From the NCBI GenBank assembly GCA_964016885.1, contig OZ024757.1, positions 11,036,001-11,100,000 of the forward strand: a stretch of DNA of 64,000 bases. Reading direction: 5' to 3'. This DNA is from Eledone cirrhosa. Lineage: Eukaryota. Positions 45,001 to 55,690 of this stretch are shown here, piece by piece. The position numbers and the translations under genes are program-made. Each line of letters begins with the position of its first letter. The first letter of the stretch is position 1. The notes under the pieces are model-generated. The model had not been told where the DNA came from and made no database searches. It saw only the letters and a program-made list of their open reading frames with translations.

Positions 45001-48000
45001 TCCATGGAGGTTTTAAAGGATGCAGTGTCTCGACAGCTAACAACTGATGCTGGTAGGGTAGTTTGTTCCATGGAGGTTTTAAAGGATGCAGTGTCTCGAC
45101 AGCTAAAAACTGATGCAGGTAGGCTTGTTCTGTTCCATGGAGGTTTTAAAGGATGCAGTGTCTCGACAGCTAACCACTGAATCAGGTAGTTTGTTCCATG
45201 GAGGTTTTAAGGGATACAGTGTCTCGACAGCTAACAACTGATGCAGGTAATTTGTTCCATGGAGGTTTTAAAGGATGCAGCGTCCCGACAGCTAACAACT
45301 GATGCAGGTAGTTTGTTCCATGTAGGTTTTAATGGATGCAGTGTCTCGAGAGCTAACAACTGATGCAGGGAGTTTGTTCCATGGAGATTTGAAAGGATGC
45401 AGTGTCCCAACAGCTAACAACTGATGCAGGGAGTTTGTTCCATGGAGGTTTTAAAGGATGCAGTGTCCCGACAGCTAACAACTGATGCAGGTAGTTTGTT
45501 CCATGGAGGTTTTAAAGGATGCAGTGTCTCGACAGCTAACAACTGATGCAGGTAGTTTGTTCCATGGAGGTTTTAAAGGATGCAGTGTCCCAACAGCTAA
45601 CAACTGATGCAGGTAGTTTGTTCCATGGAGGTTTTAAAGGATCCAGTGTCTCGACAGCTAAAAACTGATGCAGTTAGTTTGTTCCATGGAGGTTTTAAAA
45701 GATGCAGCATCTCAACAGCTAACTACTGATGCAGGTAATTTGTTCCATGGAGGTTTTAAAGGATGCAGTGTCTCAACAGCTAACAACTGATACAGGTAGT
45801 TTGTTCCATGGAGGGTTTAAAGGATGCAGTGTCTCGACAGCTAACAACTGATGCAGGTAGTTTGTTCCATGGAGGTTTTAAAGGATGCATTGTCCTGACA
45901 GCTAACAACTGATGCAGGTAGTTTGTTCCATGGAGGTTTTAAAGGATCCAGTGTCTCGACAGCTAAAAACTGATGCAGGTAGTTTGTTCCATGGAGGTTT
46001 TAAAGGATGCAGCATCCCAACAGCTAACAACTGATGCAGGTAGTTTGTTCCATGGAGGTTTTAAAAGATGCAGCATCTCAACAGCTAACTACTGATGCAG
46101 GTAATTTGTTCCATGGAGGTTTTAAAGGATGCAGCGTCCCGACAGCTAACAACTGATGCAGGTAGTTTGTTCCATGGAGGTTTTAAAGGATGCAGCGTCC
46201 CGACAGCTAACAACTGATGCAGGTAGTTTGTTCCATGGAGGTTTTAAAGGATGCAGCGTCCCGACAGCTAACAACTGATGCAGGTAGTTTGTTCCATGTA
46301 GGTTTTAATGGATGCAGTGTCTCGAGAGCTAACAACTGATGCAGGTAGTTTGTTCCATGGAGGTTTTAAAGGATGCAGTGTCTCGACAGCTAACAACTGA
46401 TGCAGGTAGTTTGTTCCATGGAGATTTTAAAGGATGCAGTGTCTCGAGAGCTAACAACTGATGCAGGTAGTTTGTTCCATGGAGGTTTTAAAGGATGCAG
46501 TGTCCCAACAGCTAACAACTGATGCAGGGAGTTTGTTCCATGGAGGTTTTAAAGGATGCAGTGTCTTGACAGCTAACAAATGATGCAGGTAGTTTGTTCC
46601 ATGGAGGTTTTAAAGGATGCAGTGTCTCGACAGCTAACAACTGATGCAGGTAGTTTGTTCCATGGAGGTTTTAAAGGATGCAGTGTCCCGACAGCTAACA
46701 ACTGATGCAGGTAGTTTGTTCCATGGAGGTTTTAAAGGATCCAGTGTCTCGACAGCTAAAAACTGATGCAGTTAGTTTGTTCCATGGAGGTTTTAAAAGA
46801 TGCAGCATCTCAACAGCTAACTACTGATGCAGGTAATTTGTTCCATGGAGGTTTTAAAGGATGCAGTGTCTCAACAGCTAACAACTGATGCAGGTAGTTT
46901 GTTCCATGGAGGGTTTAAAGGATGCAGTGTCTCGACAGCTAACAACTGATGCAGGTAGTTTGTTCCATGGAGGTTTTAAAGGATGCATTGTCCTGACAGC
47001 TAACAACTGATGCAGGTAGTTTGTTCTATGGAGGTTTTAAAGGATCCAGTGTCTCGACAGTTAAAAACTGATGCAGGTAGTTTGTTCCATGGAGGTTTTA
47101 AAGGATGCAGCGTCCCGACAGCTAACAACTGATGCAGGTAGTTTGTTCCATGGAGGTTTTAAAAGATGCAGCATCTCAACAGCTAACTACTAATGCAGGT
47201 AATTTGTTCCATGGAGGTTTTAAAGGATGCAGCGTCCCGACAGCTAACAACTGAAGCAGGTAGTTTGTTCCATGGAGATTTTAAAGGATGCAGTGTCCTG
47301 ACAGCTAACAACTGATGCAGGTAGTTTGTTCCATGGAGGTTTTAAAGGATGCAGCGTCCCGACAGCTAACAACTGATGCAGGTAGTTTGTTCCATGGAGG
47401 TTTTAAAGGATGCAGTGTCTCGAGAGCTAACAACTGATGCAGGTAGTTTGTTCCATGGAGGTTTTAAGGGATACAGTGTCTCGACAACTAACAACTGATG
47501 CAGGTAATTTGTTCCATGGAGGTTTTAAAAGATGCAGCATCTCAACAGCTAACTACTGATGCAGGTAATTTGTTCCATGGAGGTTTTAAAGGATGCAGCG
47601 TCCTGACAGCTAAAACAACTGATGCAGGTATGGTAGTTTGTTCCATGGAGGTTTTAAAGGATGCAGTGTCTCGACAGCTAACAACTGATGCAGGTAGGCT
47701 TGTTCTGTTCCATGGAGGTTTTAAAGGATGCAGTGTCTCGACAGCTAACAACTGATGCAGGCAGTTTGTTCCATGGAGGTTTTAAGGGATACAGTGTCTC
47801 GACAGCTAACAACTGATGCAGGTAGTTTGTTCCATGGAGGTTTTAAAGGATGCAGTGTCTCAACAGCTAACAACTGATGCAGGTAGTTTGTTCCATGGAG
47901 GTTTTAAAGGATGCAGTGTCTCGACAGCTAACAACTGATGCAGGTAGTTTGTTCCATGGAGGTTTTAAAGGATGCAGTGTCTCGACAGCTAACAACTGAT

Positions 48001-51000
48001 GCAGGCAATTTGTTCCATGGAGGTTTTAAAGGATGCAGTGTCTCAACAGCTAACAACTGATGCAGGTAGTTTGTTCCATGGAGGTTTTAAAGGATGCAGT
48101 GTCCCGACAGCTAACAAATGATGCAGGTAGTTTGTTCCATGGAGATTTTAAAGGATGCAGTGTCCCAACAGCTAACAACTGATGCAGGGAGTTTCTTCCA
48201 TGGAGGTTTTAAAGGATGCAGTGTCCCGACAGCTAACAACTGATGCAGGTAGTTTGTTCCATGGAGGTTTTAAAGGATGCAGTGTCTCGACAGCTAACAA
48301 CTGATGCAGGTAGTTTGTTCCATGGTGGTTTTAAAGGATGCAGTGTCCCGACAGCTAACAACTAATGCAGGTAGTTTGTTCCATGGAGGTTTTAAAGGAT
48401 CCAGTGTCTCGACAGCTAAAAACTGATGCAGGTAGTTTGTTCCATGGAGGTTTTAAAAGATGCAGCATCTCAACAGCTAACTACTGATGCAGGTAATTTG
48501 TTCCATGGAGGTTTTAAAGGATGCAGTGTCCCAACAGCTAACAACTGATGCAGGGAGTTTCTTCCATGGAGGTTTTAAAGGATGCAGTGTCCCGACAGCT
48601 AACAACTGATGCAGGTAGTTTGTTCCATGGAGGTTTTAAAGGATGCAGTGTCTCGACAGCTAACAACTGATGCAGGTAGTTTGTTCCATGGTGGTTTTAA
48701 AGGATGCAGTGTCCCGACAGCTAACAACTAATGCAGGTAGTTTGTTCCATGGAGGTTTTAAAGGATCCAGTGTCTCGACAGCTAAAAACTGATGCAGGTA
48801 GTTTGTTCCATGGAGGTTTTAAAGGATGCAGCGTCCCGACAGCTAACAACTGAAGCAGGTAGTTTGTTCCATGGAGGTTTTAAAGGATGCAGTGTCTCGA
48901 CAGCTAACAACTGATGCAGGTAGTTTGTTCCATGGGGGTTTTAAAGGATGCAGTGTCTTGACAGGTAACAAATGATGCAGGTAGTTTGTTCCATGGAGAT
49001 TTTAAAGGATGCAGTGTCTCGAGAGCTAACAACTGATGCAGGTAGTTTGTTCCATGGAGGTTTTAAAGGATGCAGTGTCTCGACAGCTAACAACTGATGC
49101 AGGTAGTTTGTTCCATGGAGGTTTTAAAGGATGCAGTGTCCCGACAGCTAACAACTAATGCAGGTAGTTTGTTCCATGGAGGTTTTAAAGGATCCAGTGT
49201 CTCGACAGCTAAAAACTGATGCAGGTAGTTTGTTCCATGGAGGTTTTAAAAGATGCAGCATCTCAACAGCTAACTACTGATGCAGGTAATTTGTTCCATG
49301 GAGGTTTTAAAGGATGCAGCGTCCCGACAGCTAACAACTGATGCAGGTAGTTTGTTCCATGGAGGTTTTAAAGGATGCAGTGTCTCGACAGCTAACAACT
49401 GATGCTGGTAGGGTAGTTTGTTCCATGGAGGTTTTAAAGGATGCAGTGTCTCGACAGCTAAAAACTGATGCAGGTAGGCTTGTTCTGTTCCATGGAGGTT
49501 TTAAAGGATGCAGTGTCTCGACAGCTAACCACTGAATCAGGTAGTTTGTTCCATGGAGGTTTTAAGGGATACAGTGTCTCGACAGCTAACAACTGATGCA
49601 GGTAATTTGTTCCATGGAGGTTTTAAAGGATGCAGCGTCCCGACAGCTAACAACTGATGCAGGTAGTTTGTTCCATGTAGGTTTTAATGGATGCAGTGTC
49701 TCGAGAGCTAACAACTGATGCAGGTAGTTTGTTCCATGGAGGTTTTAAAGGATGCAGTGTCTCGACAGCTAACAACTGATGCAGGTAGTTTGTTCCATGG
49801 AGATTTTAACGGATGCAGTGTCTCGAGAGCTAACAACTGATGCAGGTAGTTTGTTCCATGGAGGTTTTAAAGGATGCAGTGTCCCAACAGCTAACAACTG
49901 ATGCAGGGAGTTTGTTCCATGGAGGTTTTAAAGGATGCAGTGTCTTGACAGCTAACAAATGATGCAGGTAGTTTGTTCCATGGAGATTTGAAAGGATGCA
50001 GTGTCCCAACAGCTAACAACTGATGCAGGGAGTTTGTTCCATGGAGGTTTTAAAGGATGCAGTGTCCCGACAGCTAACAACTGATGCAGGTAGTTTGTTC
50101 CATGGAGGTTTTAAAGGATGCAGTGTCTCGACAGCTAACAACTGATGCAGGTAGTTTGTTCCATGGAGGTTTTAAAGGATGCAGTGTCCCGACAGCTAAC
50201 AACTGATGCAGGTAGTTTGTTCCATGGAGGTTTTAAAGGATCCAGTGTCTCGACAGCTAAAAACTGATGCAGTTAGTTTGTTCCATGGAGGTTTTAAAAG
50301 ATGCAGCATCTCAACAGCTAACTACTGATGCAGGTAATTTGTTCCATGGAGGTTTTAAAGGATGCAGTGTCTCAACAGCTAACAACTGATACAGGTAGTT
50401 TGTTCCATGGAGGGTTTAAAGGATGCAGTGTCTCGACAGCTAACAACTGATGCAGGTAGTTTGTTCCATGGAGGTTTTAAAGGATGCATTGTCCTGACAG
50501 CTAACAACTGATGCAGGTAGTTTGTTCCATGGAGGTTTTAAAGGATCCAGTGTCTCGACAGCTAAAAACTGATGCAGGTAGTTTGTTCCATGGAGGTTTT
50601 AAAGGATGCAGCGTCCCGACAGCTAACAACTGATGCAGGTAGTTTGTTCCATGGAGGTTTTAAAAGATGCAGCATCTCAACAGCTAACTACTGATGCAGG
50701 TAATTTGTTCCATGGAGGTTTTAAAGGATGCAGCGTCCCGACAGCTAACAACTGATGCAGGTAGTTTGTTCCATGGAGGTTTTAAAGGATGCAGTGTCTC
50801 GACAGCTAACAACTGAAGCAGGTAGTTTGTTCCATGGAGGTTTTAAAGGATGCAGTGTCCTGACAGCTAACAACTGATGCAGGTAGTTTGTTCCATGGAG
50901 GTTTTAAAGGATGCAGCGTCCCGACAGCTAACAACTGATGCAGGTTGTTTGTTCCATGGAGATTTTAAAGGATGCAGTGTCTCGAGAGCTAACAACTGAT

Positions 51001-53858
51001 GCAGGTAGTTTGTTCCATGGAGGTTTTAAGGGATACAGTGTCTCGACAACTAACAACTGATGCAGGTAATTTGTTCCATGGAGGTTTTAAAGGATGCAGT
51101 GTCTCGACAGCTAACAACTGATGCAGGTAGTTTGTTCAATGGAGGTTTTAAAGGATCCAGTGTCTCGACAGCTAAAAACTGATGCAGGTAGTTTGTTCCA
51201 TGGAGGTTTTAAAAGATGCAGCATCTCAACAGATAACTACTGATGCATGTAATTTGTTCCATGGAGGTTTTAAAGGATGCAGCGTCCCGACAGCTAACAA
51301 CTGATGCAGGTATGGTAGTTTGTTCCATGGAGGTTTTAAAGGATGCAGTGTCTCGACAGCTAACAACTGATGCAGGTAGGCTTGTTCTGTTCCATGGAGG
51401 TTTTAAAGGATGCAGTGTCTCGACAGCTAACAACTGATGCAGGCAGTTTGTTCCATGGAGGTTTTAAGGGATACAGTGTCTCGACAGCTAACAACTGATG
51501 CAGGTAGTTTGTTCCATGGAGGTTTTAAAGGATGCAGTGTCTCAACAGCTAACAACTAATGCAGGTAGTTTGTTCCATGGAGGTTTTAAAGGATGCAGTG
51601 TCTCGACAGCTAACAACTGATGCAGGTAGTTTGTTCCATGGAGGTTTTAAAGGATGCAGTGTCTCGACAGCTAACAACTGATGCAGGCAATTTGTTCCAT
51701 GGAGGTTTTAAAGGATGCAGTGTCTCAACAGCTAACAACTGATGCAGGTAGTTTGTTCCATGGAGGTTTTAAAGGATGCAGTGTCTCGACAGCTAACAAC
51801 TGATGCAGGTAGTTTGTTCCATGGAGGTTTTAAAGGATGCAGTGTCCTGACAGCTAACAACTGATGCAGGTAATTTGTTCCATGGAGGTTTTAAAGGATG
51901 CAGTGTCTCGACAGCTAACAACTGATGCAGGTAGTTTGTTCCATGGAGGTTTTAAAGGATGCAGTGTCTCGACAGCAAACAACTGATGCAGGTAGTTTGT
52001 TCCATGGAGGTTTTAAAGGATGCATTGTCCTGACAGCTAACAACTGATGCAGGTTGTTTGTTCCATGGAGGTTTTAAAAGATGCAGCATCTCAACAGCTA
52101 ATTACTGATGCAGGTAATTTGTTCCATGGAGATTTTAAAGGATGCAGCGTCCCGACAGCTAACAACTGATGCAGGTAGGGTAGTTTGTTCCATGGAGGTT
52201 TTAAAGGATGCAGTGTCTCGACAGCTAACAACTGATGCAGGTAGGCTTGTTCTGTTCCATGGAGGTTTTAAAGGATGCAGTGTCCCGACAGCTAACAACT
52301 GATGCAGGCAGTTTGTTCCATGGAGGTTTTAAGGGATACAGTGTCTCGACAGCTAACAACTGATGCAGGTAATTTGTTCCATGGAGGTTTTAAAGGATGC
52401 AGTGTCTCGACAGCTAACAACTGATGCAGGCAGTTTGTTCCATGGAGGTTTTAAGGGATACAGTGTCTCGACAGCTAACAACTGATGCAGGTAGTTTGTT
52501 CCATGGAGGTTTTAAAGGATGCAGTGTCTCAACAGCTAACAACTGATGCAGGTAGTTTGTTCCATGGAGGTTTTAAAGGATGCAGTGTCTCGACAGCTAA
52601 CAACTGATGCAGGTAGTTTGTTCCATGGAGGTTTTAAAGGATGCAGTGTCACGACAGCTAACAACTGATGCAGGCAATTTGTTCCATGGAGGTTTTAAAG
52701 GATGCAGTGTCTCAACAGCTAACAACTGATGCAGGTAGTTTGTTCCAAGGAGGTTTTAAAGGATGCAGTGTCTCGACAGCTAACAACTGATGCAGGTAGT
52801 TTGTTCCATGGAGGTTTTAAAGGATGCAGTGTCCTGACAGCTAACAACTGATGCAGGTAATTTGTTCCATGGAGGTTTTAAAGGATGCAGTGTCTCGACA
52901 GCTAACAACTGATGCAGGTAGTTTGTTCCATGGAGGTTTTAATGGATGCAGTGTCTCGACAGCTAACAACTGATGCAGGTAGTTTGTTCCATGGAGGTTT
53001 TAAAGGATGCATTGTCCTGACAGCTAACAACTGATGCAGGTAGTTTGTTCCATGGAGGTTTTAAAGGATCCAGTGTCTCGACAGCTAAAAACTGATGCAG
53101 GTAGTTTGTTCCATGGAGGTTTTAAAAGATGCAGCATCTCAACAGCTAACTACTGATGCAGGTAATTTGTTCCATGGAGGTTTTAAAGGATGCAGCGTCC
53201 CGACAGCTAACAACTGATGCAGGTAGGGTAGTTTGTTCCATGGAGGTTTTAAAGGATGCAGTGTCTCGACAGCTATCAACTGATGCAGGTAGGCTTGTTC
53301 TGTTCCATGGAGGTTTTAAAGGATGCACTGTCTCGACAGCTAACAACTGATGCAGGCAGTTTGTTCCATGGAGGTTTTAAGGGATACAGTGTCTCGACAG
53401 CTAACAACTGATGCAGGTAATTTGTTCCATGGAGGTTTTAAAGGATGCAGTGTCTCAACAGCTAACAACTGCTGCAGATAGTTTGTTCCATGGAGGTTTT
53501 AAAGGATGCAGTGTCTCGACAGCTAACAACTGATGCAGGCAGTTTGTTCCATGGAGGTTTTAAGGGATACAGTGTCTCGACAGCTAACAACTGATGCAGG
53601 TAATTTGTTCCATGGAGGTTTTAAAGGATGCAGTGTCTCAACAGCTAACAACTGATGCAGGTAGTTTGTTCCATGGAGGTTTTAAAGGATGCAGTGTCCC
53701 GACAGCTAACAACTGATGCAGGTAATTTGTTCCATGGAGGTTTTAAAGGATGCAGTGTCTCGACAGCTAGCAACTGATGCAGGTAGTTTGTTCCATGGAG
53801 GTTTTAAAGGATGCAGCGTCCCGACACCTAACAACTGATGCAGGTAGTTTGTTCCATG
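1..53858. repeat. 61-bp tandem satellite array (about 880 monomers), continues past left edge
   Basis: Consensus AACTGATGCAGGTAGTTTGTTCCATGGAGGTTTTAAAGGATGCAGTGTCTCGACAGCTAAC repeated head-to-tail in one orientation, no unique spacers; last GTTCCATG ends at 53858. Copy number estimated as length/61. Confidence 0.99.
33145..48860. repeat. Higher-order repeat: 4 x 3928 bp (64 monomers + 24 bp of insertions)
   Basis: Marker ORFs recur every 3928 bp (33202/37130/41058/44986 and 35714/39642/43570/47498); 64x61+11+13=3928. Boundaries approximate. Confidence 0.93.
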
Positions 53859-54066
53859 CTTCAGCAACTCTGAGCGTGAAACAATGTTTCCGAAAGTCAT
53901 GGGAATTGTTCCGTTTTCTGACTTTGTAAATATGTCTACGGGTGTTAGACAGATGGTATTCAAAAAGGTGTTCAGGGTTGTTGTTGGCAAGATGGTTAAT
54001 AATCTTATGGGTGTCTACCAAGTCAGCTGCCAGATGTCGGAGCTTCAATGTATCCATGCCTAGGGA
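53794..54066 (-). mobile_element. 3' end of CR1/L2-like LINE ORF2 (5'-truncated remnant); probable satellite source
   Basis: Translation MDTLKLRHLAADLVDTHKII...LFEYHLSNTRRHIYKVRK...RKHCFTLRVAEAWNKLPASVVRCRDAASFKTSM fits the CR1-clade ORF2 C-terminal pattern L..RR...DL...YKI...TRGH..K...R..FF..RV...WN.LP..VV....FK. Confidence 0.85.
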
Positions 54067-54252
54067 AGAATGGATGTTTTAAAGGATGCACTGTCCCGAC
54101 ATCTAACAACTGATGCATATTTTTTTTTTTCATGCTTCAGCAACTCTGAGCGTGAAAACATGTTTCCGAAAGACATGGGAGCTGTGCTGTTTTCTGATTT
54201 TGTTGGCATGCCCACGGGTGTTAGACATGAAATTCAAAAAGGTGCTCAGAGT
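54064..54252 (-). mobile_element. Second, more decayed copy of the same LINE ORF2 3' segment
   Basis: Homologous to about 53798-53975; minus strand reads SEHLFEFH/SNTRGHANKIRKQHSSHVFRKHVFTLRVAEA...ASVVRCRDSASFKTSILP with a 2-bp frameshift and a poly(T) tract replacing the WNKL codons. Confidence 0.85.
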
Positions 54253-54509
54253 ATATTCTCTTCCTGACATTAAGAAAAAAGAAGGAAAAAAACCATAGAA
54301 GCAAGGAAATAGTTTTTAGAAGATAGAGTTTATGGTACAAGCACAATTTTCTCTCCTTTTCAATTAATAATAACAAATTATGAAGAAATTTAATCAAAAT
54401 TTAATAAAAAATTTATTTGGAAAAAATAAATGTAAAAATGAAAATAAAGCCTATGATAAAAGTAAAAATCAATTGAAAATAACAGACAATTGAATTTTGA
54501 TATTTTTGT

Positions 54510-54578
54510 GAATGAGATGAGGTAGAGTGTTGAATGAGATGAGGGGTGGTGTTGAATGAGATGAGGGTGGTGTTGGTA
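54510..54578. repeat. 22-bp tandem repeat, about 3 copies
   Basis: GAATGAGATGAGG at 54510, 54532 and 54554. Confidence 0.7.
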
Positions 54579-54716
54579 GAGGGTAAGGAAACTTTATTAA
54601 GATCCTTATTATAATTATCAACATCTATTTTTCTATAGCATTGTGTTGGACAATAATGTTGCTTTCCTTTGGTCAAGGTTGACACTGACAGTTGAATCTC
54701 CAGAATATTATAACTT

Positions 54717-54802
54717 CACAGGGATATCACAGACTGTTGAATATCACAGGGATATCACAGTCTATTGGATATCACAGGGATATCTGTGGCAGACTGTTGG
54801 AA
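54717..54802. repeat. 28-bp tandem repeat, about 3 copies
   Basis: CACAGGGATATC at 54717, 54745 and 54773. Confidence 0.75.
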
Positions 54803-54804
54803 GA

Positions 54805-54944
54805 TTAACCCTTTAGCATTTAAACCAGCCATATCCAGCCAGAATTCCCTCACCTCTTTCTCTTCAAACTGGATGTAACCGACTGCTTATACATATATTA
54901 AGGTATTGTTATCAAAATAAATAATATCAAAATCTCATAGATTT
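54805..54944. mobile_element. Possible end fragment of a non-autonomous TTAA-targeting (piggyBac-like) element
   Basis: Begins TTAA-CCCTTTAGCATTTAAACC; TTAA followed by CCC is the piggyBac terminal signature. No convincing partner TIR seen. Confidence 0.35.
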
Positions 54945-55079
54945 GATATTATGTGAGGTATGTGAGGTAAAGCCTTTACCATGAATATACAATAGTATAT
55001 ATAGAGTAATGTAAATGTTATGTGAGATATTATGTGAGGTAAAGCCTTTACTGTGAAAATACAATAGTATATATAGAGT
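54945..55079. repeat. 72-bp minisatellite, left part (about 2 units)
   Basis: Unit GATATTATGTGAGGTAAAGCCTTTACTGTGAAAATACAATAGTATATATAGAGTAATGTAAATGTTATGTGA; AAAGCC at 54969 and 55041. Confidence 0.9.
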
Positions 55080-55085
55080 GGTTTC

Positions 55086-55091
55086 TTTATT
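55086..55091 (-). terminator. Polyadenylation signal AATAAA at element 3' end
   Basis: TTTATT on + strand, about 6 bp from the junction with the 72-bp repeat. Confidence 0.65.
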
Positions 55092-55316
55092 TGCCACTAG
55101 GGCACAAAAGGTAGGGACAGATACAAGGGGGGAAGTTTACATATAATTAACGAGTACAAAAATATAACAATGAAATAACAACAACAAACGAAGTCCTCAA
55201 TAGGGAGGGGGCATTAACATGGGTCGCACACACCCCGGAAAAAATGTGCAACCCTTCTCCTCAGGAGCACAAAGAGTAGGTGCTTCCCTCGTCTCCTCTT
55301 TTTCCTCTTCTTTCAC

Positions 55317-55690
55317 CTACAGGCTGATATAGAGAGAAGACACATTCACTCTGGCCATTCTCCCTACTTTCACCCACCTTTCATAAAGCTTGCTGGGGTA
55401 GAGCACCTCTCTCTCCATTCTGATCCTTCTTTTAAAATGGTATTTGAAAAAGGGGACCAGTTGTTGGCCGGAGAGAAAGGTGTCTGACCTCAGCCCTTTC
55501 AGCCTCGTCCACCATACAACTTCTTTAGCCATGGCTATCACACAGAGAAAAACCGCCTGTCCTTCGTTTTATAAAGGGGGAGGCGGTTTGATCGTGACAA
55601 TGGACTCGATGGTCAACCGGATTGGTCCCACCCTCGACAGTAGTCGTTCCACATAGCCCCACAGGTCAGCAATGCCTGGGCAGTGTACGA
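55317..55690 (-). pseudogene. ORF2 C-terminal segment (after the zinc-finger/zf-RVT-like region), frameshifted
   Basis: Reads FVHCPGIADLWGYVERLLSRVGPIRLTIESIVTIKPP.../AVFLCVIAMAKEVVWWTRLKGL...LYISL*; C-P...W and W..R patterns are typical of L1/Tx1 ORF2 tails. Confidence 0.75.

Noticed and set aside
634-53350. Dozens of 60-85 aa ORFs on both strands
   Set aside because: Translations of a 61-bp unit (not a multiple of 3) prolonged only where indel markers skip stops; used as positional markers, not genes.
1-53858. CRISPR array
   Set aside because: No unique spacers and no cas genes; the whole unit repeats and the context is eukaryotic LINEs.
54413-54685. 90-aa ORF with hydrophobic tail
   Set aside because: AT-rich low-complexity sequence containing a 22-bp repeat, non-ATG start, no motif.
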